From the NCBI GenBank assembly GCA_007693945.1, contig RECP01000052.1:88594-152593 (forward strand): 64,000 bases of DNA. Direction: 5' to 3'. This document shows positions 18,551 to 26,319 of this stretch, one piece after another. The notes under the pieces were generated by a model. That model was given only the letters and a program-made list of their open reading frames with translations, was not told where the DNA came from and did not search any database. This DNA is from Spirochaetaceae bacterium. Lineage in GTDB: Bacteria; Spirochaetota; Spirochaetia; DSM-27196; PWMO01. A program made the translations under genes and the position numbers. Numbering within the stretch: the first letter of the stretch is position 1; each line of letters opens with the position of its first letter.

Positions 18551-19384
18551 ATGGCAGTCACTACCAGCCAGCAAATCGCCGAATACTTCCAGCAGTTCCA
18601 GAACGTCGAGGTCACGTTCAACAGTGAGGTTACGCGTGCAATAGACCTGAACACCACTCAGGTGTTTCTCAAGTGCCTCGGTCGTCAGTGGCCGTGCATC
18701 GTCTACTCCAGCTCGCTGGCCGAAGCCAAGGTAATCGTCAACACCGGCGGTGAGTTCAATGAGACGGTTCGCAAAGCCAACAACCTGGTTTCGCTGCGCT
18801 ATTCGTTTCTGCAGCGCGACAAGAGCGGTCCGCTGGCGTTCTTTGTCGCGGCCCGAATCGGCGGCTTTGCGCCTTACGGCACGCAGCGCCCCGATCTTTC
18901 GTTTGTCACCCTGACGTACACGCAGCGGCCGCCGGATGATCTGATCGTAATCCTTGGGCAACTGCTCGAAGCCAACATCAACTCCACGCGGCGCCGCGAA
19001 GAAAGAATAACAATGACCGCCGACAACGCAGCCCGAGTAGGACTGCGCGCCAAGGAGACCATCGTCGAGATAGCCGGGGTTCCGCGCCACTGCATCATTC
19101 GCGACATCTCCTTTTCGGGCGCCAAGGTGATCGTGCTGGGCATCGCAAAGCTGCTCGTCGACAAACCGGCGCTACTGCATCTCGAGCTGGAGGATCCGTC
19201 CGAGAAACTGCGGATTCCCGGTACCGTGATACGTTTCGAAGCCGTCGAGGGGCGCTCGGATATTGCGGCGTTTGCAATCCGCTTTGATGACCAGAGGGTT
19301 CCGATGCGCTACAAACTCAGGATCACCGGTTACCTGAAGAGCACCAGGAAGAAGTCTGGAGGCTGCGATGCCGCAACCGGGTGA
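18551..19384 (+). CDS. Two-domain PilZ c-di-GMP receptor (PlzA / PilZN3-PilZ-like)
   Basis: The C-terminal domain has both PilZ signatures, RRREER (RxxxR) and DISFSGA (D/NxSxxG). The N-terminal half of about 150 aa is a degenerate PilZ-like barrel of the kind seen in spirochaete PlzA-type proteins. Confidence 0.75.
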   Translation: MAVTTSQQIAEYFQQFQNVEVTFNSEVTRAIDLNTTQVFLKCLGRQWPCIVYSSSLAEAKVIVNTGGEFNETVRKANNLVSLRYSFLQRDKSGPLAFFVAARIGGFAPYGTQRPDLSFVTLTYTQRPPDDLIVILGQLLEANINSTRRREERITMTADNAARVGLRAKETIVEIAGVPRHCIIRDISFSGAKVIVLGIAKLLVDKPALLHLELEDPSEKLRIPGTVIRFEAVEGRSDIAAFAIRFDDQRVPMRYKLRITGYLKSTRKKSGGCDAATG

Positions 19385-20474
19385 TCCGCTCAAGAGCATC
19401 GTGTACATCACCGTTCCACCGCACCTCGAGCGTAACCTTGGAGAGGTGCATCTTGATCCCAGGATCCCGCTGCCGGTAGAAACCACCGCAGGCTGGAGCA
19501 TGGAAGAGCTCAGCTGGGAACAGATCATCGCGGCGATGCTCAAGATACTCGCCAACCGCGTTGACCATGAGCACGCCGCGTACTACCGCAGGTTTGTCCT
19601 GGCCGCGCGGCCGACGATTGTCGATGATCTCTCCGAAACCGGAGTCCTCAAGGCACGTAATCGCGATTTCGAGATTGCCGACGAAATCTTCCGTGCGCTG
19701 TGCGGCCTGCTACCCTCGGACAGCCGCCCGCGGCTCAACCTGGCATTGCTGTGTGAACAGCGTGCCGACGCGTACGAGGCGCTCGACAAACCGCAGCTGG
19801 CCGCCCACCAGACCGAACGCGCTTTCGAGCTCTATAAGGAGCTGCTTGCGGCCGACAGTGTAGTGCCGGAGGTCTATCTGAACGCCGGGTACTTCTTCAT
19901 CAAGCAGCGCAACTACGGGCGGGCACGGTCCGCCTTTGAGGCGTTCCTGGAAGCCGGCAGCAGCGATGCGGAGAAATGCAATGAGGTCGAGCGCATCATT
20001 GGCGAGATCGACTCGCAGAACCTGCTCGACACGCTGTTCAAGGAAGCCTACGACTACATTCGGCTCGGCAGAGAAACCGAAGCAATCGAGCGTATCCGAG
20101 ACTTTCTGCAGAAGCGTCCCGATGTCTGGAACGCCTGGTTCCTGCTCGGCTGGGCGAATCGACGGCTGGAGAACTACGCGGAGGCCAAGGAAGCCTTTCT
20201 GCAGGCAGTTGAGACCGGATCGACGGAACCGGACACGTTGAACGAGCTGGCTATCTGCCGTATGGAACTTGGCGAACTCGATGAAAGCCGTGCAGATCTC
20301 GAGCGGGCGCTCCAGCGTGACCCGGAAAACGCCAAGATTATCTCCAACATGGGGATACTTTCGCTGAAGGAAGGCAAGCCGGCAGAGGCGGCCGCCTTTT
20401 TTCGTACCGTGCTGGAGTATGAACCCGAAGATCCCATCGCACTGAACTACCTCGAGATGCTCGAGCAGCAGTAG
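19368..20474 (+). CDS. TPR-repeat protein
   Basis: Multiple 34-residue repeats are present (AWFLLGWANRRLENYAEAKEAFLQAVE, ALQRDPENAKIISNMGILSLKEGKPAEAAAFFRTVLEYEPEDP). The ATG overlaps the end of the PilZ gene by 17 nt. Confidence 0.75.
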   Translation: MPQPGDPLKSIVYITVPPHLERNLGEVHLDPRIPLPVETTAGWSMEELSWEQIIAAMLKILANRVDHEHAAYYRRFVLAARPTIVDDLSETGVLKARNRDFEIADEIFRALCGLLPSDSRPRLNLALLCEQRADAYEALDKPQLAAHQTERAFELYKELLAADSVVPEVYLNAGYFFIKQRNYGRARSAFEAFLEAGSSDAEKCNEVERIIGEIDSQNLLDTLFKEAYDYIRLGRETEAIERIRDFLQKRPDVWNAWFLLGWANRRLENYAEAKEAFLQAVETGSTEPDTLNELAICRMELGELDESRADLERALQRDPENAKIISNMGILSLKEGKPAEAAAFFRTVLEYEPEDPIALNYLEMLEQQ

Positions 20475-20530
20475 CAGTGACGCCAGGCGAAAAAAAGCCG
20501 CGATTGCGGGCAATTTCACACACTTTGCGT

Positions 20531-20557
20531 TAAGCTTTAAGGTGCAGGTGCCGATAA
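20531..20557 (+). promoter_or_regulatory. Sigma28 (FliA) promoter TAAGCTTT-N11-GCCGATAA
   Basis: It matches 14 of 16 positions of the TAAAGTTT-N11-GCCGATAA consensus with exact 11-nt spacing. It lies 269 nt upstream of the flaB-1 ATG. Confidence 0.7.
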
Positions 20558-20752
20558 CAAATCCGGAGGAGACCGGCGTGCACCGGGTGACTCGGGTCAG
20601 CAGGGATGTCGCGTCATCTATATGATCGGTAACGCGGCACGATCCTTGAGTGCCATCCGGGAAAAACCTGCGACGGGTCGCCCGGGCCGGCTCACTACCA
20701 AACCGGCAGTGCAAGGAGGTGACAGAGAGACACGATAGATCTGCGATTTGTG

Positions 20753-20817
20753 TTTCAGGCACGGAGGCCTGAAACCACCCTCCTCGACAGGGAGTCGAGG
20801 CGAATTTTCACGGAGGA
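20753..20817 (+). promoter_or_regulatory. Candidate CsrA-binding sites in the flaB-1 leader
   Basis: Hairpin 1 is TTTCAGGC-ACGGAG-GCCTGAAA (20753..20774). Hairpin 2 is CCTCGAC-AGGGA-GTCGAGG (20782..20800). A third GGA lies in the SD, CACGGAGGA (20809..20817), 8 nt before ATG 20826. The octamer CACGGAGG occurs at both 20760 and 20809. Confidence 0.55.
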
Positions 20818-20825
20818 AGAACCAC

Positions 20826-21683
20826 ATGATCATCAATCACAACATGAGCGCAATGTTTGCGCAGCGTACTACTGGTCTGGTAGACCGACGGGTTCAGGGG
20901 AACATCGAGAAACTGTCGTCGGGCATGCGCATCAACCGCGCCGGTGACGACGCGTCCGGTCTGGCCGTATCCGAGAAGATGCGCAGTCAGATCCGCGGAC
21001 TCAACCAGGCCTCGCGCAACGCGTCCAACGGCATTTCGTTCATCCAGGCCACCGAAGGCTACCTGCAGGAAACCCAGGACATCTTGCAACGCATCCGCGA
21101 ACTCTCGGTTCAGTCAGCCAACGGGATCTACTCGTCTGAGGACCGAATGCAGATTCAGGTAGAGGTTTCGCAGCTGGTAGCGGAAGTGGACCGCATTGCG
21201 TCTCACGCCCAGTTCAACGGTATGAACATGCTGACCGGCCGCTTTGCCCGCGACACCGGCGAAAACGTGGTGACCGCCAGCATGTACTTCCACATCGGCG
21301 CCAACATGGACCAGACTATGAGGGTCTATATCGGCACGATGACCGCCCAGTCACTCGGTATTCGCGACGCCGCGCAGGAGATCATCAGCCTCGAGACCCC
21401 GGAGCTGGCCAACCAGGTCATCGGGATTGTCGATGGGGCGTTGATGCGCGTGAATCAGCAGCGTGCGGACCTCGGTGCGTATCAGAACCGCATGGAGCTG
21501 GCCGTCGAAGGTATCGACATTGCTGCAGAAAATCTGCAGGCCGCGGAATCCCTGATTCGCGATGTGAACATGGCTGCCGAAGTCGTCGACTTCGTGCGCA
21601 ACCAGATCCTGATGCAGTCGGGTACCGCAATGCTGGCCCAGGCAAACTTGCAGACTCAGACAGTGTTGCAATTGTTCGGATAG
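20826..21683 (+). CDS. flaB: Flagellar filament core flagellin FlaB, copy 1
   Basis: [14 protein letters not shown]..., [34 protein letters not shown], and the C-terminal [18 protein letters not shown]. The upstream extension from 20748 has no support. Confidence 0.95.
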   Translation: MIINHNMSAMFAQRTTGLVDRRVQGNIEKLSSGMRINRAGDDASGLAVSEKMRSQIRGLNQASRNASNGISFIQATEGYLQETQDILQRIRELSVQSANGIYSSEDRMQIQVEVSQLVAEVDRIASHAQFNGMNMLTGRFARDTGENVVTASMYFHIGANMDQTMRVYIGTMTAQSLGIRDAAQEIISLETPELANQVIGIVDGALMRVNQQRADLGAYQNRMELAVEGIDIAAENLQAAESLIRDVNMAAEVVDFVRNQILMQSGTAMLAQANLQTQTVLQLFG

Positions 21684-21696
21684 CGCGCTATGATTG

Positions 21697-21743
21697 GCGA
21701 TGGTGGGGAGGTCTGAGCTTTCTCGCCATCGCTTTCGTTCTTT
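21697..21743 (+). terminator. Intrinsic terminator after flaB-1
   Basis: An imperfect hairpin of about 15 bp has arms at 21697..21711 and 18..32 (GCGATGG/CCATCGC core plus G:U-containing extension). It is followed by TTTCGTTCTTT. Confidence 0.5.
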
Positions 21744-21764
21744 GACAGCAATCCTCCTTGTCGG

Positions 21765-21793
21765 TTGACAGCAGTGCGACCGCCTGATATCCG
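21765..21793 (+). promoter_or_regulatory. Weak sigma70-like promoter TTGACA-17-TATCCG upstream of flaB-2
   Basis: The -35 is perfect and the -10 is poor. No sigma28 match was found. The palindrome ATCCGCGCGGAT (21789..21800) overlaps the -10. Confidence 0.3.
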
Positions 21794-21882
21794 CGCGGAT
21801 GTCAGAGTAGTCTCTCTGCTGCTTGCACAGGCCGGTTTGTGGCGCGCTCACAGGCCGTGCCGCCGCTCTCAGCCGGGACCGA

Positions 21883-21925
21883 GGGCCACGGAAGGCCCAC
21901 GGAAAAGGTACATACAAGGAGGGCC
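21883..21925 (+). promoter_or_regulatory. Candidate CsrA-binding sites in the flaB-2 leader
   Basis: The hairpin GGGCC-ACGGAA-GGCCC (21883..21898) is followed by ACGGAAAAGG and then the SD AAGGAGGG (21916..21923) before ATG 21927. GGCCC 21894..21898 can alternatively pair with GGGCC 21921..21925, which would occlude the SD. Confidence 0.5.
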
Positions 21926-21926
21926 T

Positions 21927-22787
21927 ATGATCATCAACCACAACACGAGTGCTGCTTTCGCCTCACGGACCCTGAACTTTCGCGGTGGAGAGATTCAGTC
22001 GAACATTGAGAAACTCTCCTCGGGAATGAGGATCAACCGTGCCGGCGACGACGCTTCCGGGCTCGCGGTTTCCGAGAAACTGCGCAGTCAAATTCGTGGG
22101 TTGAACCAGGCTGAGCGCAATATCCAGAACGCCGTTTCGTTCATTCAGACGACCGAAGGGTATCTGCAGGAAACTCAGGACATTCTGCACCGTATGCGCG
22201 AGCTTGCGGTACAGTCGGCTCACGGGATTTATACCCCCGAAGACCGCATGCAGATCCAGGTCGAGGTTTCGCAGCTCATTGCCGAGGTCAACCGAATTGC
22301 CTCACACGCACAGTTCAATAACCTGAACATGCTGACCGGGGCATTCGCTCGCGATGCGGTAACGGCAAACGGGGCCGGGATCACCTTCCAGATTGGTGCC
22401 AACATGGACCAGTCTGAGGTGGCCTACATCGGTACGATGACGGCTCAGGCACTCGGGCTGATGGACGCACAAAATGCGCAAGGCACACTGTCGATTTCGA
22501 CGCCGGAAGCTGCAAACCGCGCGATCGGGCTGGTCGATGCGGCGCTCACACAGGTTTCACGCCAACGTGCAGACCTGGGCGCCTATCAGAACCGCTTCGA
22601 GCTGGCGCGTGAAGGCGTTGCAATCGCTGCGGAAAACCTGCAGGCCGCAGAATCACTGATCCGTGATGTCGACATGGCATCCGAAGTGGTCAGCTTTGTG
22701 CGTAACCAGATTCTGGTGCAGTCGAACACTGCAATGCTGGCGCAGGCCAACACACAGCCCCAGTCGGTGCTGCAGCTGCTCGGCTAG
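21927..22787 (+). CDS. flaB: Flagellar filament core flagellin FlaB, copy 2
   Basis: [14 protein letters not shown]..., [33 protein letters not shown], and the C-terminal [18 protein letters not shown]. It is a close paralogue of copy 1. Confidence 0.95.
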   Translation: MIINHNTSAAFASRTLNFRGGEIQSNIEKLSSGMRINRAGDDASGLAVSEKLRSQIRGLNQAERNIQNAVSFIQTTEGYLQETQDILHRMRELAVQSAHGIYTPEDRMQIQVEVSQLIAEVNRIASHAQFNNLNMLTGAFARDAVTANGAGITFQIGANMDQSEVAYIGTMTAQALGLMDAQNAQGTLSISTPEAANRAIGLVDAALTQVSRQRADLGAYQNRFELAREGVAIAAENLQAAESLIRDVDMASEVVSFVRNQILVQSNTAMLAQANTQPQSVLQLLG

Positions 22788-22903
22788 ACACCCCTTGAGC
22801 GGGAGAGATCTCTGGACGTCATCTTTCCTGCAACAACGAATTCTTGGACGGTGACGGGGGAAGCGCGCTCCCTCGCACCTTCTTCTTACACGGAGGTAAG
22901 AAT

Positions 22904-23260
22904 ATGTCCATGGAGGTCAACAGAGTTTTCGGCGAGCCTCATACGGCGGAACACTACGTACTGCCGCAGCGCACTGCGGTGCGCGCGGCAGCCGCTAGTC
23001 GGCAGGACGCGATTCTGACCGCGTCTTCAACAAACCAGGCGGCGGATCTCGATACCGTACTGGCCGAGCTTCAGGGTGTATCGCGCATATTCGACCGCAG
23101 GCTGCAGTTCAGCGTGAATCGGGATCTCGATCAAGTGGTTGTGAAAGTCATTGACAAATCGACCGATAGAGTGATTAAGGAGATCCCGCCTGCGGAGCTG
23201 CAGCGGGTGCATTCCCGGATCCGCGAGGCTATAGGCCTGTTTGTAGACGAACGGATATAG
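22904..23260 (+). CDS. flaG: Flagellar protein FlaG
   Basis: The C-terminal block LQFSVNRDLDQVVVKVIDKSTDRVIKEIPPAELQ is the FlaG signature. Its SD context is CACGGAGG (22889..22896). It sits just upstream of fliD. Confidence 0.75.
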   Translation: MSMEVNRVFGEPHTAEHYVLPQRTAVRAAAASRQDAILTASSTNQAADLDTVLAELQGVSRIFDRRLQFSVNRDLDQVVVKVIDKSTDRVIKEIPPAELQRVHSRIREAIGLFVDERI

Positions 23261-23281
23261 CGCCTCGAGGGAGAGGACGCC

Positions 23282-25306
23282 TTGTCTGACATCAGTATTC
23301 CCGGCATCTCCGGTGGAGGCCGGTTCAACACCAGCGAGTTAGTCGACGACCTGATGAAGGTCGAGCGCATCCCGGTAACACGCATGGAGGAACGCGTCGA
23401 GCGGCTCCAGGACCAGCGTGTCATCTGGAACGACGTCAGCCGTGCGACCGCCGAGCTGCGCGACAGCGCACGCGCGCTGTACGGGTTCCAGAGTCCGTTC
23501 AATTCCCGCATTGCGCGCTCATCCAACGAATCGGTACTGACCGCCGAGGCGACGCGCGAGGCGCAGGAGATGACAAGCCGGATAGAGGTACGTCAGCTTG
23601 CCGGCCGCGACCATTTTCTCTCGCGCAGTCTCGACCGCGACACCGACGTGGCGCCCGGGACCTACGGCTTCCGCGTCGGCGAAGACGAGATTACGTTTAC
23701 CTTCCGCGGCGGCTCGCTGCGCGAGTTTTCTGATGCGGTCAACCGCAACGCCGGGGAACTGGTACGATCGCGCGTTGTGCACAATACCCGCGAGACTGCG
23801 GTCATAACCTTTGAAGCACAGCGAACGGGGGCCGAACAACGGCTTTCCTTCCTCGAGGATGCAGCCGATTTTGCGCTTTCAGCGGGTATCGTTGAACCCG
23901 GCCGCGACGCGCAGCGCGCGCTAAGCATAACCGATCAGACCATCGCGCGTTGGACACAGCCCCTCGACCGCCGCGCGCTGCAGGTCACCGACGGCACGCT
24001 GACCGTACGTCCCGGCGGGGAGCTGTCGCTGCCGGTACGTCCTTCGTTTGCCGTAGACGGCAACGTGATGCTGGAAATGGAAGTGCGCGTCACGGACCGC
24101 AGCCCCGAAGTACTGGCCCCTCCCCCACCGCCACCGGGACCCCGGATCCCCGAAGGTCCCGGCGTAACGCTGGAGGACATCACCGTCGAGGGCGCTCGCT
24201 CACGCGCGGTGTTGCCGGCTATCGAGACGCCCGAACCGCCTCAAATCATCGACGACCTGCGCTTTCTGTTTGCGCGCCAGGCCGGAACCTCGGTCCAGCT
24301 CCCGGAGTTGCGCGACACCCGCGAATTCCAGACGATCCGCATACCGCTGGCCGACTATGTCGATCAGATCGACGCCCTCGACATCCGCAACCGCAACAGT
24401 CATCGTGATCTCGAGATCCGTAACGTTCGTGTGTTCGACCCGGATGCACGCAACGATTTCCAGCCGATCAACGCGGTTGAAGTCGCCTCCGACAGCATCA
24501 TCGCGGTTGATGGTGTCGAGATCATCCGTGACAGCAACACCATCGACGACGTCATCGCCGGAACGACGCTCAATCTACACCAGGTGAGCCCTCAGCCGCT
24601 TTCGCTGGCCGTTGAGCCGGATCGCGACACAATCAAGGACAGCATTATCCGCTTTGCCGCCCAGTACAATCAGCTGATTCGCGATATCAACATTCTGACC
24701 CGTACCAACCCGGCACTGATCGAAGAGGTCGGCTATTTCTCCGATGAGGAGCGCGAGCGGGCGCGCGACCGCCTGGGAGCCTTACAGGGCGATACAACGC
24801 TCAATCAGCTGCGATCCCGCTTGCAGACCCTGATCATGAATCCCTACGAAACCCGCGCCGGCAGTGAGCTCAGTCTGCTGGCCCAGATCGGGATATCGAC
24901 CAATGTGTCAGGGTTTTCCGGCAGTATGGACGCGTCTCGCATGCGCGGTTATCTCGAGATCGATGAGACCCGACTCGATAACGCCATCCGTAACAATCTG
25001 CAGGCCGTCCGCGACCTGTTCGGCTACGATACCGACGGCGATTTTGCGGTTGATTCCGGAGTAGCCTACCAGGTGGAGCGCAACCTCGCGCCCTACGTGC
25101 AGTCCGGTGGCGTCTTTGCCATGCGCCGACAGGGCCTCGACGTTCGCGTCGAGCGGACCGAGACCGATATCGAGACCTACAACCGGCGTCTGGACCGCCG
25201 TGAGCAGCAGTTGCGCGTGGAGTTTGGCCGTATGGAGGGCGCGTTGCAGATGCTCGAAGACCACCAGCAGGCGCTCGACAGCCTCAGACCGCAGACCCAG
25301 CGATAG
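23282..25306 (+). CDS. fliD: Flagellar filament capping protein FliD
   Basis: The N-terminus is ISIPGISGG..FNTSELVDDLMKVERIPV. The C-terminal region reads LNQLRSRLQ...GISTN...LEIDETRLDNAI. The start is TTG 23282, after GGAGAGGA. Confidence 0.85.
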   Translation: MSDISIPGISGGGRFNTSELVDDLMKVERIPVTRMEERVERLQDQRVIWNDVSRATAELRDSARALYGFQSPFNSRIARSSNESVLTAEATREAQEMTSRIEVRQLAGRDHFLSRSLDRDTDVAPGTYGFRVGEDEITFTFRGGSLREFSDAVNRNAGELVRSRVVHNTRETAVITFEAQRTGAEQRLSFLEDAADFALSAGIVEPGRDAQRALSITDQTIARWTQPLDRRALQVTDGTLTVRPGGELSLPVRPSFAVDGNVMLEMEVRVTDRSPEVLAPPPPPPGPRIPEGPGVTLEDITVEGARSRAVLPAIETPEPPQIIDDLRFLFARQAGTSVQLPELRDTREFQTIRIPLADYVDQIDALDIRNRNSHRDLEIRNVRVFDPDARNDFQPINAVEVASDSIIAVDGVEIIRDSNTIDDVIAGTTLNLHQVSPQPLSLAVEPDRDTIKDSIIRFAAQYNQLIRDINILTRTNPALIEEVGYFSDEERERARDRLGALQGDTTLNQLRSRLQTLIMNPYETRAGSELSLLAQIGISTNVSGFSGSMDASRMRGYLEIDETRLDNAIRNNLQAVRDLFGYDTDGDFAVDSGVAYQVERNLAPYVQSGGVFAMRRQGLDVRVERTETDIETYNRRLDRREQQLRVEFGRMEGALQMLEDHQQALDSLRPQTQR

Positions 25307-25383
25307 TCCGCATCGTGGGCAGCGCGTGAGACTTCCGGTTTGCCTCGACACCGCAATGACCGATATTATAAAGGGGTAGACCA

Positions 25384-26304
25384 TTGCAGATTCTCGTGAA
25401 CAACCAGCAGATCGATGTAACCCTCGAACAGGAACGCACTCTGGCCGACGTGGTGGCGGCCATCAACAGCTGGGTCGTGGGCAACGGCCAGGCGATCACC
25501 ACGCTGCGGATCGACGGTACCGAGTGTACGCTCGACCGTCCGCAGACCTGGGGCGACCGGCCCCTTGAGACCATCGGTGAGGTGCATGTCGAGACCAGTG
25601 CGCAGTGGCAGCTGATTCTGGCACATCTGGAACTGGTGCTGCAGTTTGTGCGTTCCTGGGAAACCGCTCTCGGCAACGGCGACCGGCCGGCAATCGACTC
25701 GCTGGTGGCTCAACAACAGGACCTGGCACGCCACCTGCAGGAACACGTTGAACTCATATTCCTCGAACTGCCCCAGACCCCATTGCACGACGTTTTCTCC
25801 ACCACCGGCGATCCGTCGGCCATGACCTCACCGCCGGCCGGCAGTGAGGTGCTCGGCCGCCAGCTGAATGCGCTGGCGGCTCTGATCGAGCAGCGCGTTA
25901 ACGAGATACGCCATCCGGGCAGAGAGGCCGCCGCGACGGCCGGGTTGATCTCGGCGCTGCTCAACGATGTGCGCGAAGTGTCGGTGCTGCTGCAGACCGG
26001 CAAGGATCAGCAGGCAATGGGCAATGTCGTGCGCTTCAGCGAGCTGGTGGAGAAGCTGCTGCGGATTGTGCCGCACCTGGCGCGTGAGGATGAGCAGTTT
26101 CGCGCACGCATCGAGCGCGGCGGGGACCTCGACACCATCACTACCGCCCTCAACAGCACGCTTCGCGAACTGGTAGACGCCCTGGACGTGCGGGATTCCG
26201 TTTTGATCGGCGATCTGTTAGAATACGAGATCGCCTCCAGGATTGAGGAGCTGATAGGCGTGATTCCGACCGGCCCCGGCAACGCTGCCGGACACGGCCA
26301 ATAG
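25384..26304 (+). CDS. Hypothetical protein in the fliS/fliT position
   Basis: The 306-aa ORF starts at TTG, 8 nt after AGGGG. The N-terminal ~70 aa (MQILVNNQQIDVTLEQERTLADVVAAINSW...) resemble a ThiS/MoaD-like beta-grasp opening. The rest is helical. I could not recognise a FliS signature. Confidence 0.5.
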   Translation: MQILVNNQQIDVTLEQERTLADVVAAINSWVVGNGQAITTLRIDGTECTLDRPQTWGDRPLETIGEVHVETSAQWQLILAHLELVLQFVRSWETALGNGDRPAIDSLVAQQQDLARHLQEHVELIFLELPQTPLHDVFSTTGDPSAMTSPPAGSEVLGRQLNALAALIEQRVNEIRHPGREAAATAGLISALLNDVREVSVLLQTGKDQQAMGNVVRFSELVEKLLRIVPHLAREDEQFRARIERGGDLDTITTALNSTLRELVDALDVRDSVLIGDLLEYEIASRIEELIGVIPTGPGNAAGHGQ

Positions 26305-26319
26305 TCTCGGGAGTACGCG

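Noticed and set aside
20565-20750. A possible c-di-GMP riboswitch (GEMM-I or GEMM-II) in the long flaB-1 leader, considered because of the PilZ/HD-GYP context.
   Set aside because: I could not find the conserved GEMM-I elements as I remember them (the CACGCACAGGGCAAACC-type P1/tetraloop-receptor core). A covariance-model scan is still needed, so the region is kept only as an unexplained structured leader.
22815-22824. The palindrome AGAGATCTCT and the nearby GC-rich inverted repeat (around 22855..22875) after flaB-2, as a possible terminator.
   Set aside because: No usable loop or U-tract is present. flaG follows within 116 nt, with its own SD. Read-through from flaB-2 into flaG-fliD seems at least as likely.
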